A DNA stretch of 64,000 nucleotides, from positions 558,001 to 622,000 of the forward strand of contig JBEUKZ010000016.1 of NCBI GenBank assembly GCA_048128005.1, read 5' to 3'. Under the pieces are notes generated by a model that saw only the letters and a program-made list of their open reading frames with translations, was not told the DNA's origin and ran no database searches. The stretch comes from Veleropilina oligotropha. Lineage: Eukaryota. Position 1 is the stretch's first letter. Each line of letters begins with the position of its first letter. Below, piece after piece: positions 1-14,135 of this stretch. A program made the position numbers and the translations under genes.

Positions 1-719
1 GTTTTTCCAAAAAGAAAACACCAGCTGCTCCTCCTGTCATCAGGCAACGTGAACAGGAACAGACCTCTACCGACTCTCCCACTCTCACTTCAGAAAACTC
101 TGACAAAGAACCGGATGCCGAGGTTCGTAATATAATGCCAATTGAAGTATACTTAACCTCCCTAAAAGAGACTCGGCGTGATTCGTCTGTCATGGAGAAA
201 CGAAGAAAGAAGTCCTCTCCTATGATCAATTCAGATGAGAAAGAGATGGCACTAGTTGTGTGGATGCTGCAGCGCACATATATTTGACAAACCAAACAAA
301 AAGTACAAATTAAGATATGTCGTATAAAGGTCGCCTCTGTGACCATTGTCGCACTCAGAACCTCCTCTTGGCGGTTGCGGTTGTCGGCGCCAGCGCTGTA
401 CACTACCCGGCGAGCGAGGTGGAGCTTATAATTAACCTGAGCCTGCTTTGCCTGGACCTGCAGAAGTCCAAGACAGAGGTGCTATATGCAGAAAACTCAG
501 AAACATAATGCGCATGACATTGTCCGCAGTCGAAAAACTGAAATCATAGGCCCTATTTATAGGCCAATCGCTGAGTGATTTGTTATTCATCATGTATCGT
601 TCTTCATTCGTTATTGTATCATTGGTATCGTTCTGGTTCGCATGCATACGCTGTAAATCGCTGTTAGTAGTATCTCGTCTATCTTAATCGTTGCAGAACG
701 TTGCAATCCGCTGCTAAAC

Positions 720-898
720 GGTCCATGTGACACTTGACAATTCAGCTTTCCATCTTCATTATTCACTGATGGAAAGCTCGAAAGCACAGCAGTAGGCTAC
801 TAACATTACTTCTAACTTCTTACTTCCATATAGATACAGTATATATAATATATAATAATGAAGATGGAAAGCTGAATTGTAAAGTGTCACACAGACCC
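720..898. mobile_element. Small MITE (TIRs about 40 bp)
   Basis: ggtccatgtgacacttgacaattcagctttccatcttcattatt (from 720) is the near reverse complement of aataatgaagatggaaagctgaattgtaaagtgtcacacagacc (ending ~897); taaa flanks both sides. Confidence 0.65.
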
Positions 899-2319
899 TA
901 AACGTGCTGGTTCGCTGCTGTAAATCTTATAGTACTGTTACAATATGATGCCTAAAGTACTTAGTGAGTAGATCTTTATTAATGATTCATTACTATTGTA
1001 TAAGTTTTAATATTAAAATAATGTACTAATGACATCGCACTGAGCACCCCTGCCAAAAGAGATTGATCTTGACCTGTGATCTAATATAATTGTGTGTATA
1101 TTGTTAATGACATCTAGTTGCCTGATAGTAGCTATTGACGTCACGTAATTCGGGCATATTTATATAACTGAAAGAGATTAATGATGTTTAGTTCTGAGTT
1201 CAAAATGAATGACGCCCGTATTCCGTATTTATGAAACATAAGGTCATAGGAGTCAATTCGTCACTCCGTGTCAAAATGCGTGTGAAACAAGCGAGACGAA
1301 TCCAAAGCACGAGATCCGATGCAGTAGTGAGATGTAAACTCAATGACTCCAGCGGATAGTGTCTTGTCACAGGGACGTTATCGCATACCACCGCATTCCG
1401 TCATGGATAACACAACGGTCCTTTATGTCGGAATGACCAGAGTCGGCTGAGTAGAGACAGAAACTTACGTAGATCCGAGTATACAGTTAGCTGGAAATGG
1501 CTTTAAAGCCAGCGAACTGTTTATACTCTATAGGATACTAGACGACACGAATGATGAAGACCATTAACCTCCCATCGTTGTTCTCCGAACTTATGGCAAA
1601 CAATTGCAGACTACAGAACTATTTATCTCATTAACACTGTAACGCGGTGACGGGCGTTCCGCCAGTTCTCGAAGTCCGATCTGAGGCACCACCAAACGGC
1701 CCGTAGCGTCACATACATCGTGTCTTCTGACTGCGAATAGCAGCGACTCAGAAAGACGCGCAATCACAGTCGTAGCTGTACCGTGTTGCATCGAGTCATT
1801 TCTAGTAAGTTCTCTCTGAATTCTTTGCTCATCGCGAACGATTCAGGAAGGAGGTGAAGCAATACGAAGAGTAAAGAAACGATTACAACTGCAACTAATC
1901 CAATGTACGGATACCGGCGACTGGCCTCTATCCGTGTTGGTAGTGCAGATGTTTTTAACATATAATACGACAGTGGCGAATCGGCTGGCGAACCACTGCC
2001 CCAGAATCGTCACAGTGTGGCTAGGGGAAGGGGTGTATATGAACCTTCATGTATTCTCCCTCGATTCTTACTTATTCATTCTACCTGACCGCCCAGGCAG
2101 TCGTGTGGTATCCAGTGCCGACTGGTTCGATTTCGATAACTAAGAGGGGAGGGTTCCATTATTGGTTTAGTTACCAATCGCAATTGTCCGTAACCGACCG
2201 GAGACGACGGGTATCCCCGAGCTCTCCTACAGCGATAATATGAACATGTCCTGCCTTGAACCCGGTGGCTATACATATACATGACATTAAGCATTAGGAA
2301 TTATTTGCATTTAAATTAT

Positions 2320-3210
2320 TTGTTTTCTAAAAAATACTAACGCAAATAGAAATATTGCACTTAATAGCACAACGAACGCATACCTGAATAGTTGGTGTAT
2401 GGATGGAGCCCCATGCGAAAGGAAATTTTATTTTTAACGTTTTGAAACAGCTCCTCCTGCTACCTAAAGTATTTTATGAACAATTTGTGTATGATATATA
2501 AGGTCTCCCTACGTTGAATTATATATATATTATAAAAATATTACTAATGCAAATAGATATGCTGGAGTTCAAAGCCAAAGAATGTAAGCTATACTGCACA
2601 GTTTGCGTATGGATTTATTGTCCCTCAAGTGAAACGTTGTTTTGAAACCTTGTGAAACGTCTCCTCCTGCATTATAAGGCGAGGAACATGATAAAACGTC
2701 TCCTCCTGCATTATAAAGCGAGGAACATGATAAAACGTATCCTCCTGCATTATAAGGCGAGGAACATGATAAAAATCACCAATGAACAATTTACGTATGA
2801 TACAAGGAAATTATCTCTCAACGTTTCTTTATATACACTATACCTTTAGAAATAAAAATACTGGATTTCATAGCAAACGAAAGCATGCCTGAACAGTTCG
2901 CGTGTGGATTGTGCCCCACGCGAAAGTGAAATTTGTTATTTAACCTTGTGAAACGGTTTATCCTGCATTCAAAGGCATGATATATGAAGTCATTTACGAA
3001 CAATTTACGGCTCTTATATAAGAAAAGATCTCTGAAAGTCGGATTATATAAAAAATAGGACTAATACAAATAGGCTTAGGGCCTACAGTATTTCATACCT
3101 GAACAGTTCGTGTGGAGATGGGGCCAACGCAAAAAGACCTTTGCTATTTAACCTTGCGAAACGGCTCCTCCTGCATTTTTACTTACTATAGAAAGTAATT
3201 TATGAAAGAT
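2320..3210 (+). repeat. Degenerate tandem satellite (about 180-190 bp units) with an internal 3x39 bp amplification at 2655-2775
   Basis: Recurring cctgaacagtt..gtg.gatg...ccc.acgcgaaag...ttaaccttgtgaaacg.ctcctcctgca motif at ~2380, 2600, 2890, 3100; aaacgtctcctcctgcattataaggcgaggaacatgata x3. Confidence 0.7.
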
Positions 3211-3544
3211 TTACATATTTACATATGCCATGGATTTGATTTTTTTTTGGGGGGGGGAGGAGGTGCGACCTCCATGTCCCTTCATAGGATCCGAAACGCA
3301 TTGTCAGATAAAGCGTTATTGATTTAATTAATTCTGATTGATGCTGATTTAACAGTATCCTGTCAACATAGTACTGAAGCGTTACGTGATATTATGACCA
3401 TTGATTCAAACTGCATTGATTCGAGTCCTCGTGTGTGCTCTTTGTTCAGTTGAAAATCACAGTTCAGGTCATAGATCCACGCAAATGTCTGAAGGTGGTC
3501 GAGGGATCATGCCAGCGTTAACTTCGTATTTCATAACACCAGTA

Positions 3545-6260
3545 TAGTCTCAGCAACGAACGACTTAGGCTGGACAAAAATGTTATCAAAGCAATTTTTC
3601 TGGAATAGGTTCGTTGATGGTATAATATAACAGGAAAAAAAACCCACCCGAATCCATCCATGGCAAACCCGGAAATTCACTCAATTTCAAGATGGTCGCC
3701 ATAAAAATGCGGAAAATATCCAAGTGGGTATATAAATCGGAATTAAATTACACAGAAACAAATTTAAACTATCATTTAAAACTAACTGCAGCATGGTCTT
3801 TCATTTGGTGACACTTTAGTGGTCGTTAAAAGTCAATAATTGGCATTACGGTCAATATCTAGGTCAAAAGTGACGGAAATATGACCAATTTCATATATCT
3901 CGTAACACCATATTGAAATTCACTCATTTATATATGCATGTTTGAGAGATGGTTTTCAATCATGATTACGATGTTCATTTATTCATGACACATATCATTC
4001 CATTAGGGTACCGATAATAGGTTCAATACCATAATTATCCAAAACTGATCCTGATTTCAAAATCTTGGGAAATAAAGGAACCAAAACATGTTTTGTTTTG
4101 AACCAATTTTATTGTTCGTAAACTATTTGGAAGGTTTAACAACTGTTGTATTGATGAATTAGTCATCATCATCAACATCAATGTCATCCTCATTGTCGAC
4201 AGGCGCTCCGTTGGAACAAGTGGTGCCTTTGCACTGGCCGCATGCAGGTGTGCACTGCAGGCCATTTTTGCGACATGTACACTTTTTCTTCTCACAGTTG
4301 GCACTGCAATTGCATCTGATGATTTTCAGAAGCTGCTCTGGCGCTGCTGACTGGGTCATCTTTATAGGGACAAGACCATTCACTGATACTGCCCATCCCC
4401 ATTCTTCAGAGGCGAGTGTGTTCCCACACCATTCTTGAACCTGATGATAGGTGCGATAGCTGTGAAATTTGGCTGCATCCTGTGTTGGTGGTAGGTTCTC
4501 AGGAGCTACAAATCCAGCAGCGGTGGCAACCTTCCGCTGGAACTTTTCAACACGTGCTGCGCTGAGGTTTGGTGATGTTGTGCAGCCGTATATCACCAGC
4601 AAGGCCTCTTCACCTGCTTTGTTGATAGCATCATTAGTTGCAGCTGGAAGCATGAATGTAGATGCACACTGTGCGAGTGCTTCGTACTTTTTGAACACAG
4701 TCATTTTTCCAATTCCGTGGGATCGCGATGTATCACATCCACTGATGGCATGGAGGAACAGAAGCGTCTTTTTTAGAGTAGGATCTAGTGTCTTCTTTAG
4801 TGATGTCAGTGATGCATATGGTTTGTTTAGCTGTGACCATGTACACGTTCTTACTGTGATATGTGACATTTGCATGGTGTGTAAGCAGCTGGAATACATC
4901 AGACTCTTCTGCCACAACAGCGGTTGGCTTTCTACTTGCTGAACTACATGCCAACATGCATATTTTGTAATCAGCATCTCCTACTGCATGCTCCACGATG
5001 ATGTCAGCCTTGACCATCTCCACATCAAGGACATTGATGAGTGACTGTTTGTTTGATTCATTCGCTAGGAAAGCCCTCTTGGTCATTGTCAGACGCATGT
5101 CCAAAGACACTGATACTGAGGTACCAACGTCAGTCCCTGTCCTACGACGATGTGCTTCATCCTTGGTTATTGCACCATGATACCCATCAAATACAACCAT
5201 TTCTTATCCATAGGCACTGCGGATATAACGGATGTACATCATACATATCTGGGCATAACTGGAGTGCATCGGCCATGAAAACTTGTGAAGCAAACCTCCC
5301 CCGTCAACAACGAACTGTAGGTCCGTGTCGGTTATAGAAGAGACGATGCACATAGGATCCAGCTTCAGAAGATGGTGGATTAGCGCCGCCTTGTCTCCGG
5401 TTCTCATGAGCATATGGCTATCGAATAGTGCAGTAGGGATGGAGCATAGTTCATATTTGAGAAGATCCGGAAGAGGTATGTCACTAATACCAGTGACTAG
5501 CAAGCGCTGATACAAACGCTTTGGATCCATTTAGATTCGTTCACCAGAAGCTGACTTGACATGTAGAGTTGATGCCAAAGTCTTCACTTGGCTCTTTTGG
5601 GCGAACTTGTATTCTGCCACAGAAAGGCCGACCATCGAAGTCAGTATTTGTTTCCGACCTGCTTGGTTTCATCTGCGTTGACTGAATCATCCGCAATTAA
5701 CCCTGTGGACAGGCTCACAAGTTTGTTGGATGTTCCCCTGTCTGAAAGGTTCACGCTCAATCACCACCTGAAGTATCTTCTGAGTATCAGACATGTTACG
5801 TTTGATGCGTGAAGCCGACAAGTCACGATGTCCATCTCCTGTGCTTTGGGGGGGATCCAGCTATCTCGAATATTGACTGAGTGATCTCACCACATATAGG
5901 TCTGGAGAGCAGGAACAGTAGACGAGTACTTTCATCGAAGCCACGGCCATGCGTTAAACCGCCAGTTTTCTTTATCCCAGCCATCAGAACTTGCTCTATT
6001 AAGAGATCTGTGAAAATGCCTGACCAAACACCATCTGTTCTCCTGACAGGGAAGAGACCATTCATGAAAGCAGCATGTACCTCGGGGTGAGAGTGCTCTA
6101 GGTCAAGCATCTTCGGAATGAAGAGGGCAAGGGATTTGGTGTAGTTATTAGACATTTTCTGGTGTCGAGCATAATTCCACCGGTAGTGTTCCACAGAGGT
6201 ATAATGCCGTTTGCAGTGGTATTATTCCAGTGGAATTGTATCGCACAGGAATTAAGCCTA
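3545..6260 (-). mobile_element. AcademX-like DNA transposon, decayed and 5'-truncated
   Basis: Frameshifted ORFs 5823-6194, 5204-5530, 4733-5200 and 4159-4977 join into one protein: FPVRRT..WSGIFTDL.IEQVLM..K..GGLT, VVDGGGLLH, VVFDGY, GDAD, EESDV, LHAISGCDT..GIGK (XPG/PIN-H3TH) and a C-terminal CNC..C..C.C..C..C..C Cys cluster, matching the Academ transposase-XPG-Cys8 layout. Candidate terminus TAGTCTC at 3545. Confidence 0.7.
4159..6194 (-). pseudogene. Academ transposase/XPG-like nuclease/CXC zinc-cluster pseudogene
   Basis: At least four frame breaks or stops; PIN acidic motifs and H3TH GCDT motif recognisable. Confidence 0.75.
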
Positions 6261-6319
6261 TGATATTTAACTGCAGAGTCTCATTTATTTTAAGTGTATT
6301 TTCATTGCTTATACTGCTC

Positions 6320-6711
<392 letters not shown>

Positions 6712-6960
6712 CCTTAAAAAGTTTGTTAAACGAGACATTAAAATGCGATTTAATCCAACCCGCTTCCGTTATCCAAAACCTGATTCCCCAATTTAGTTCG
6801 GTACTCTAACAGACATTTTCACGAGCTTAATTGTCATGCAAATTACCCCACTAGAACATGTTGATTCGTGCAGATCATGGTTCTATTTAATTATGCAATT
6901 GAACGAAAAACGTCCAGTTACCAGATATTCTTTGTATCGTCAATGTGTATGAAGTAAATT

Positions 6961-7696
6961 ATGCCTAGAGGAAATTTGCTAACGGAACGTGAGGCCGATG
7001 TATATAAAAATGGAGCTCATCTCCCAACTATCGCGGCCACAGTACGTCATATGGTACGAGATGAGCAATTTGAAATGCTTCACGAGCACGTAAAAGCTAT
7101 TTACCGTGCTTCTGAACAAGTCGCATATCGCGTGCAGTCGGCAGAATGGAAGAAAGTAAGGAACCGTTTAAAGAGCCTCCGAAAGCGATACCCGTGAGTA
7201 CATCTTTGGCTGGTATCTTGTGCTTGAGTGTTGTATTAATGGAGCGTTATTACATGTTTCACCTTTCTTATTTAGTGGGGCTGCACACAACCCTGAGGAT
7301 AACCGCCACGTGATCCACGTCAACCCCAGGGTTGTTGCTGCTGAAAATGTTCAGCCGGATGGGCTTGAGGAAAATGACGAAGCAGAACGCGTTCTGGACA
7401 ACGATGTTGGGGTGGATGCAGGTTTGAGGAGACAGGAAGATCCTAATGAAAACGATCGCGGCGATGTTGGGTGTGCGAATGATGGTCCTGTACAGGCTGC
7501 TGAAGCGGCAGTAGAAGGTGCCGTACCGCAGGGTCGTCAACGCACACAGCGACAACTTGTGCAGAGTATGCTGAGCACGATGCAAGACATCAGAGCTTGT
7601 CTGCGTCAAAGTCAACACGTTGACAACGTCCTGCAAGCATACCTGCAAGCAGATGCTCGAAACCGCGGCCTGGACCTTGTAGAATTTATGGAATAA
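6961..7696 (+). CDS. Two-exon gene (6961-7193, 7276-7696; 217 aa) with possible Myb/SANT/MADF-like N-terminus and acidic middle, probably transposon-associated
   Basis: CC|gtgagt donor at 7194 and ttatttag| acceptor ending 7275 join the two ORFs in frame; EWKKVRNRLKSLRKRY helix; aataaa overlaps the stop. Confidence 0.55.
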
Positions 7697-8129
7697 ATAC
7701 ATTTTTATTTTAACAATGTCTTCCATTTTTTAACAATTTTTATTATTTGTTTACGCTGTAGAGGGACGACATATGACTTCCCTAGATGACTTCAGGTGGT
7801 TGTATATACAGTGTGCCGATATTTAAATGATAAATACTCTAGAACAGCTATAATGTTGTAGTGACAATTCCTCTCCATGCATCACAACATGAGTAGGCCT
7901 ACTTCCACCGATGACAAGATAATAAACGGAAATAGTACAACCATTGTCTCCATGTTAAATATGAAAACGCAGTAATTTTATAACAACAGTGTATATTATG
8001 TCATAATTAAATCGATGACGTCTGCTGGATGCATGAATTAATGTTTAACGAACACGACAACTATATTTCTCTAATAATCAGACCTATAAAATCATAACGA
8101 TGAATAATAATACATTATTATGAGCCATG

Positions 8130-8340
8130 GGCCTGTTCCACTCGATATGCCATCTCAACTCCCTCTGGGAGCATTACAGTCATTTACACACCAGTAGTGC
8201 CGTTTCTTACATAACTGTCAACCATGTAGCCAATCAGATCGGCTGGGTGGACCGAGGCAAATATATATTATTTCCTTGCTAAAGTGAAATCGCCGAGCTC
8301 GTGGGCCGAACCCGGTACTATGTAACCAGATTCTGTGAAC
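8130..8340 (-). mobile_element. Degenerate SINE-like fragment
   Basis: gctgggtggaccgaggcaa...ccttgct...gaacccgg resembles a reversed tRNA-SINE head and core. Confidence 0.3.
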
Positions 8341-9453
8341 ATCTCACTGCACAACGACGGCATATGAAATGAAATGATAATGTGTACAATGGCGACAGTG
8401 AACATGAAAATGATATCAGACACTCATGTGGCTCGAATTCACGACAGTAGTATATACCGTACCCTGGACCGCTTCCGGCGCCTTAGGGCATTTTCGTTGA
8501 CGCATGCGCAGTGTTGTATTGTGGGTAATGTATTGTCGGTTTCCTTTGTTCCTTACTATCAATCAGCATCGAGGGGGGCGTGTCTAGCGAACTTCCTTTG
8601 TTCCGTACTGTCCAATGATATTATCGGGATTATGGTCCACTTTCGGTGGCGCAGTGGGGAATTATAGCGAACACCTGCTCTCTCTTATCCAATGATATCG
8701 AACTCCTTTGTTCTCGGGTTTTACATAACATCTGCTAGAGGCCATTACATAACATCTGCGCCATCTTTGCATCGTTGAAGACGAAAAGGACAATTTTGCA
8801 TCGAGATAAATATATATAATTACTAGGAAAACTATGGTTTTATATTCATCAGTAGCAATATGTATATAGTATATACATCAATTTTGCATCGAGGTAAATA
8901 TATATATAATTGCTAGGAAAACTATGGTTTATATTCATCGGTAGAAATATGTATATATGTCTGACGTATAATATATTCCCTGGCATCAGTTTAAATGTAT
9001 AACGTTTTCCTTTCCAACATTATGACGATTGATCTCCAATGAGAAACTGGAATATCAAGAAATGTTTGTGCATATATCAAAATATTAACTGTGGATTTCC
9101 TCGATATCTTCAAATGGAGTTGAAACCTGATGGTGTAGATACTGAATGAATATTCATAAAAGGTAAGATATATTGTATATATATATATATATATGTAGTC
9201 CTTGAATAAACCGATGATAATGACTAATTGTATGGGACTGTCTAAATAAAGGGGGAAAAAAAACACGTGTGAGAAATTATAAAATTTAATAAACAGAGAC
9301 AGATATATACACAAAAACATGAAGAAATAGAATAAAGAAAATGATGTACTAATATCTAAATAAAGAAAAAATAAATTTATATAAACTGTGATGTGTTAAA
9401 ATATGTATAAAAGTATAAAATGGTGAGAAAATAGTGTAAAATATGTGTATGAT

Positions 9454-10439
9454 TTATAAATGATGTGGCTTCGAACGCGTTCGGGTTGCTGGACCTCCAG
9501 ATATCCGAGTGGCCAAACGCGTTCGAAGAGCCGGTCCGTCGTGTACAGGTGCTTGTGGCGCAGGTGGTGGTAAAGGGGGTCGTGGTGCGGGTGGTGGTAA
9601 AGGCTCTCGTGGTGCAGGTGGTAAAGGTGCGGGTATGTCGATCAGTGGTACTTGTTGAAATATGATGTTGTCAGGGATGTTTGCCCGGCATCGTAGGCGG
9701 TAAAGAATGACCGCAGCAACGATGCATATTAGGAACGAAGCGGTCGTTCCTAATACGACTCCTAGCCAGCGATCTGAAAATGATGAGGAAAATATAACTC
9801 ATATGTACGACTTATATATGGAAGAATAACGGTCACTCGAACGTGTAGGCATATTGTATAACTCAGACAGACCACATTGATACAAAGACAATTGTTTATT
9901 GCGACACAAATTCATAATATATAAATTTTAGTCATTTAACCATTGTTATATTTAACACACTACTATTTTGCGATGAAATGAAACCCATACACCTCGGACG
10001 GACAACTGTGCATTATCTCAAAACACATCACCAGGACAGTGCAGTGAGAAAGAACGTCGGATACAAAATTGTTACAAACTATATAGTGAACAGTAATGTC
10101 AACAAGAATGCACAGCCTGTGATGCATTATATATATCCATAATATTACATGGTGTTTGAACAATCTCTTATATCAATCAATCATTTAGGCGTACGCCAAT
10201 CATAATTTCATAAATTACAATGTCTATAAATTTCAAGACACTTTACGATCTGCATAATGTATTCGTTAACTTACTGCTTTCAGGAGTCCGGACAGTCGTG
10301 GTGTTTGGTGGTGATGATGTTGTCGATGTTAGGATTTGTACTGTAAATGGAAAACAATATAGTGAATATACCCTATTGATGCGCATATAGGCACCCGAGC
10401 CAATAAGCGAATTATTTTCTGATATTGAAAAAAAAAAAA

Positions 10440-10478
<39 letters not shown>

Positions 10479-11417
10479 ACATGCACCTATATTCGAATAT
10501 AAAGTCTATCCATAATGTCCGTTTTTATTATTAAAATAAATATATACAGTTATTTTTTTTCACAGCGACAGATCTAATATGTATAGAACCATTTTATTTA
10601 CATATTAATAGTTATTATGGGGTGAATGCACAGACTAATGACCTTTGAACACTGTTTAACAAAATAATTCAATATCACCATAATGTATGATGATAATAGT
10701 TAATTATAAAGTGTCTCACATATAAATATAGAACATCGACTGTGCCAACAGTGTAATCAACGTATGGTAGAGGACGAATATCACTTTGTATTGGTGTGTT
10801 CAAAGTATAGAGATCTTAGATTAAAACACCTGCCCAACTATTATACCAAATGGCCAACTCTACAGAAATTTGTAAATCTAATGTCATCTGACTCTTTACG
10901 AACGCAATCTATGCTTGGCATATATCTAAAGCAAGCACTTATGTTAAGAAATAATATATAAACATTTAACCAAGAACCTAAATATGATAGAGTTTCAGTT
11001 TGCGTTACGTTAATATTTTATTCGTGACGTAATATTATCGATATGTACAATAAATATGTATCTGCTGACTTAGCAATGCAAGTAAATATAATAGATCTTC
11101 ATTTATTCGATGTATGTATATATGTAAAATAATTCAATTATGTAACTATTATGTATAAAACATACACTTGCGTATTTTGTATATATACTATAAATTTATA
11201 TAAATAGAAGCAATATTCCTTCATATATAGAAATATAGATAAATAAACACAGCGACTTTGTGTATTTAATAAAATTACACCTGTAATGGTTATTGTACCT
11301 GTCTGCAATCTATAATATGTATTTTTGATACGCTAAAAACACGTTCGTGTTTAAAGCACTAATAAATTGAATTGAATTGAATTGAATAAACGCATATGCG
11401 TATAATCGAATAGGGGG

Positions 11418-11484
<67 letters not shown>

Positions 11485-11852
11485 GCATATGTATATTTAC
11501 AACCAAATTACAAGCAAATTAATTGTGAATATGAGGGTCCGTTACTGATCGCATCGAAATCGATTGAGTTTTTTTTTTAGATGGTTGCTACAATAAATCA
11601 TTTCGATAAATATGTATTGGAGCTCTATTTACTTACGAAAAATGGTGGAAGTTCCGGTCGTCATGGTTTTTGGAGTCGGTGCTGTGATGGAGTCTGAAAG
11701 AAATGACTTATGTATAAATATCGTTGAATGAGTGTTTACGTAATATCAACATAATGTTTTAGTTTGATGTATGATGATATTAGTTTTCGTCTGCGTAAAT
11801 TATAAAGTGTCTCACATATAAACGCATATGCGTATAATCGAATAATATGGGT

Positions 11853-11894
<42 letters not shown>

Positions 11895-12311
11895 GCATAT
11901 GTATATATGCGCATCAATACGGTAGGTACCCATGATAAATCATATATATATATATATATCCTAACACATGGTATATTTATGTTCATACTTACGAAATGAT
12001 GCGATGCATGTTATAAATTTTCCGTGTAATATGATGTTGAGATGTCTATTGTGGGAGCATATTTCACTCGTCTGATGCTCGGAAATGGCGTATATAACCC
12101 CCTGGAAATCCGTCGATGTTAAAATAGTTGTAATATGTTCGGATATATGGATATCCAGGGGGTCGTTTCCGGCGATGATTAGACAAGCATCAGACGAGTG
12201 TGTACAGTCAATGTACGTTGCAGTCAGTCGGTAGCAGGTTGTTAGTGGAATGCATTTGGTTAATTCAACGTTATAAGTGACAGGAATTAGAAAGAAAATA
12301 AGAAAAAGCAT
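9454..12311 (-). CDS. 4-exon type I membrane glycoprotein, 253 aa (left-arm copy; exons 11993-12311, 11637-11693, 10275-10340, 9454-9773)
   Basis: Mirror of 20945-23773; GTAAGT donors, CAG acceptors, all introns phase 1, continuous ORF. Confidence 0.75.
10728..11390 (+). mobile_element. 5'-truncated LINE (CR1/L2-clade-like) 3' end in intron 2 of the membrane-protein gene
   Basis: C..C...EDEYHFVLVCSKY.DLR (RT C-terminal Zn-knuckle) and AATAAA(TTGAA)n tail; it interrupts an intronic repeat that is intact at 11801-11845, with ataaa duplicated. Confidence 0.75.
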
Positions 12312-12630
12312 GTTGTTAGGTCGTTAGAATTAAATGAAAGAATGAATTATCAACGATACCGATTCGATGTACTTAACTTGTTATCACAACATCTCTAGGC
12401 TTTCGCATAACCTTTTCAGGAAGTGTAAACAATAGCCAACAAAGCAGGTACAGTTTGTTGACATTACAAGTGACACAGAGGTTAATTACCTCGAAGCGCC
12501 TGAGTTCTGATGTTTGTATAATCTCTTACGTGTGATCAAAGGTTTAATCAACATTGCAATAGGTGGCTATCCATTTAAAACACACGATTTAATATTAACG
12601 AAAAGCTAACAAAAAAAAAGCTTATAATAA

Positions 12631-12926
12631 TTACCAATCCCAGGTCTCCTCATAGCCATTCCACTTGGGTTTGGGGTATTCATACCCTTGTGCTTTTTCA
12701 CAAGCCACCAGTAAATTATACTGTCTTAAATATTCCTGCAAAATAAAATGAAATACTGAATCTCCATGGTTTTTACATACGGAATAATCGTATTATTGTA
12801 TGCGTTCAAATTATAAATAGTTTAAATTTACTCAGTAAAAAGTCCTCAATAAATATATAAAATAGAACTCACCTTTTCCAAAATCTCCTGTCTCCATATT
12901 AATAGTTTAACTAATACGGACCCCAT
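12631..12926 (-). CDS. Two-exon 52-aa peptide gene (left-arm copy; exons 12873-12926, 12631-12735)
   Basis: Mirror of 20330-20625. Confidence 0.5.
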
Positions 12927-13510
12927 GATTAAATAAACAAATGTTGTGAATGTGTTCATTGACTGTGTGTTGACATTATTTATAGGTATGTGTAGACAAA
13001 AGGGGTAATTAATTATATAACACAGGCTATCGCTTATCACGAGAGCACATTACCGCAATGCGAACACGCATGCAGACACCTGGGGTCAAAATCATTAAGA
13101 CTAGAAGTACGTACGTTCACGCGTGCCTACGCCTGGGGCATAACCATTAAGACTCTGATAGCAACTAATGCCATACAAACACAAATACTAAACCATTAAG
13201 ACTATGATAATTGAGACTATACCGTCATGCAAACACGTGCGATATTGCGTTTTTAAGGAACTTATAAATCGTCGATATGTGATGTTATTCAAAATATAAT
13301 ATTTAAAAATATGTGTTCAAAATTATCCACTTAACACATTTCAAATAACAAAAAGAAATTCTACAATTATCTACAAATGAAAGGGATTTAAAGTAAAATT
13401 GTCATTTTGATTTTACATTGTTCTAACCTTTTTTAAAATGTAAAAGATTACAACATAATTAATAGTTTGTACATACATAGATTAATGTATCGTTTATAAT
13501 TTATAGCAAA

Positions 13511-13795
13511 ATGGATTCTATCACTTTAAGTTCTGACTTGATCAAATGGGCCCAGGCTAATAATATGTTGAGAGATGATGCTGTTAATATGAAAATATTA
13601 GAATTATTATGCGACGAAATTCGCCAGTTAGAAGAAGTAGACGATTTAACAAAGGCATGTATGGCTGAAGGCATCTGGACAGATATAAAATGTTCCAATG
13701 ACAAGCAGTACCCAAACACAACCAAGAGAGCACGTAAATCAAATGACGATTCCCGTCTAATTTCTCTGTATCCTGGGTATGCTGAAATGAAATGA
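13511..13795 (+). CDS. 94-aa hypothetical protein (left arm)
   Basis: AAAATGG start context and protein-like composition in a very AT-rich background. Confidence 0.45.
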   Translation: MDSITLSSDLIKWAQANNMLRDDAVNMKILELLCDEIRQLEEVDDLTKACMAEGIWTDIKCSNDKQYPNTTKRARKSNDDSRLISLYPGYAEMK

Positions 13796-14020
13796 TATTC
13801 GTTCTCTATATTATTGGTATAGTAGCATCTAATCGAAAATCGAAATCTCACATGTCGCATCTAATCGAAAATGAAAGTTGTTTGAAGTTACCGACAATTA
13901 CCTGAGTTGTCTTAATCGATTAATTTATCAGTCAGAGTCGTGCAATGGTCGAAAACTTACTGATAAATTATTTGAGTCAAGCGAAAGTATGAAACATCAC
14001 TTTGTTTTAAACACGAATGG

Positions 14021-14135
14021 TAGATGCACAATAAATTATTAAATTATTGGTAGATACTCAATAAATTATTAAATTATTGGGAGATGCTCTATAAATTATT
14101 AAATTATTGGTAGATACTCAATAAATTATTAAATT
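14021..14135. repeat. 30-bp tandem repeat, ~4 copies (mirrored at 19121-19235)
   Basis: tggtagatactcaataaattattaaattat units. Confidence 0.85.

Noticed and set aside
1..510. MADF-like gene fragment (EMALVVWMLQRTYI..DKPNKKYK)
   Set aside because: Too short and disrupted to support a call
1200..2290. Moderately GC-rich stretch with short ORFs
   Set aside because: No recognisable motifs in any frame; possibly an old TE remnant
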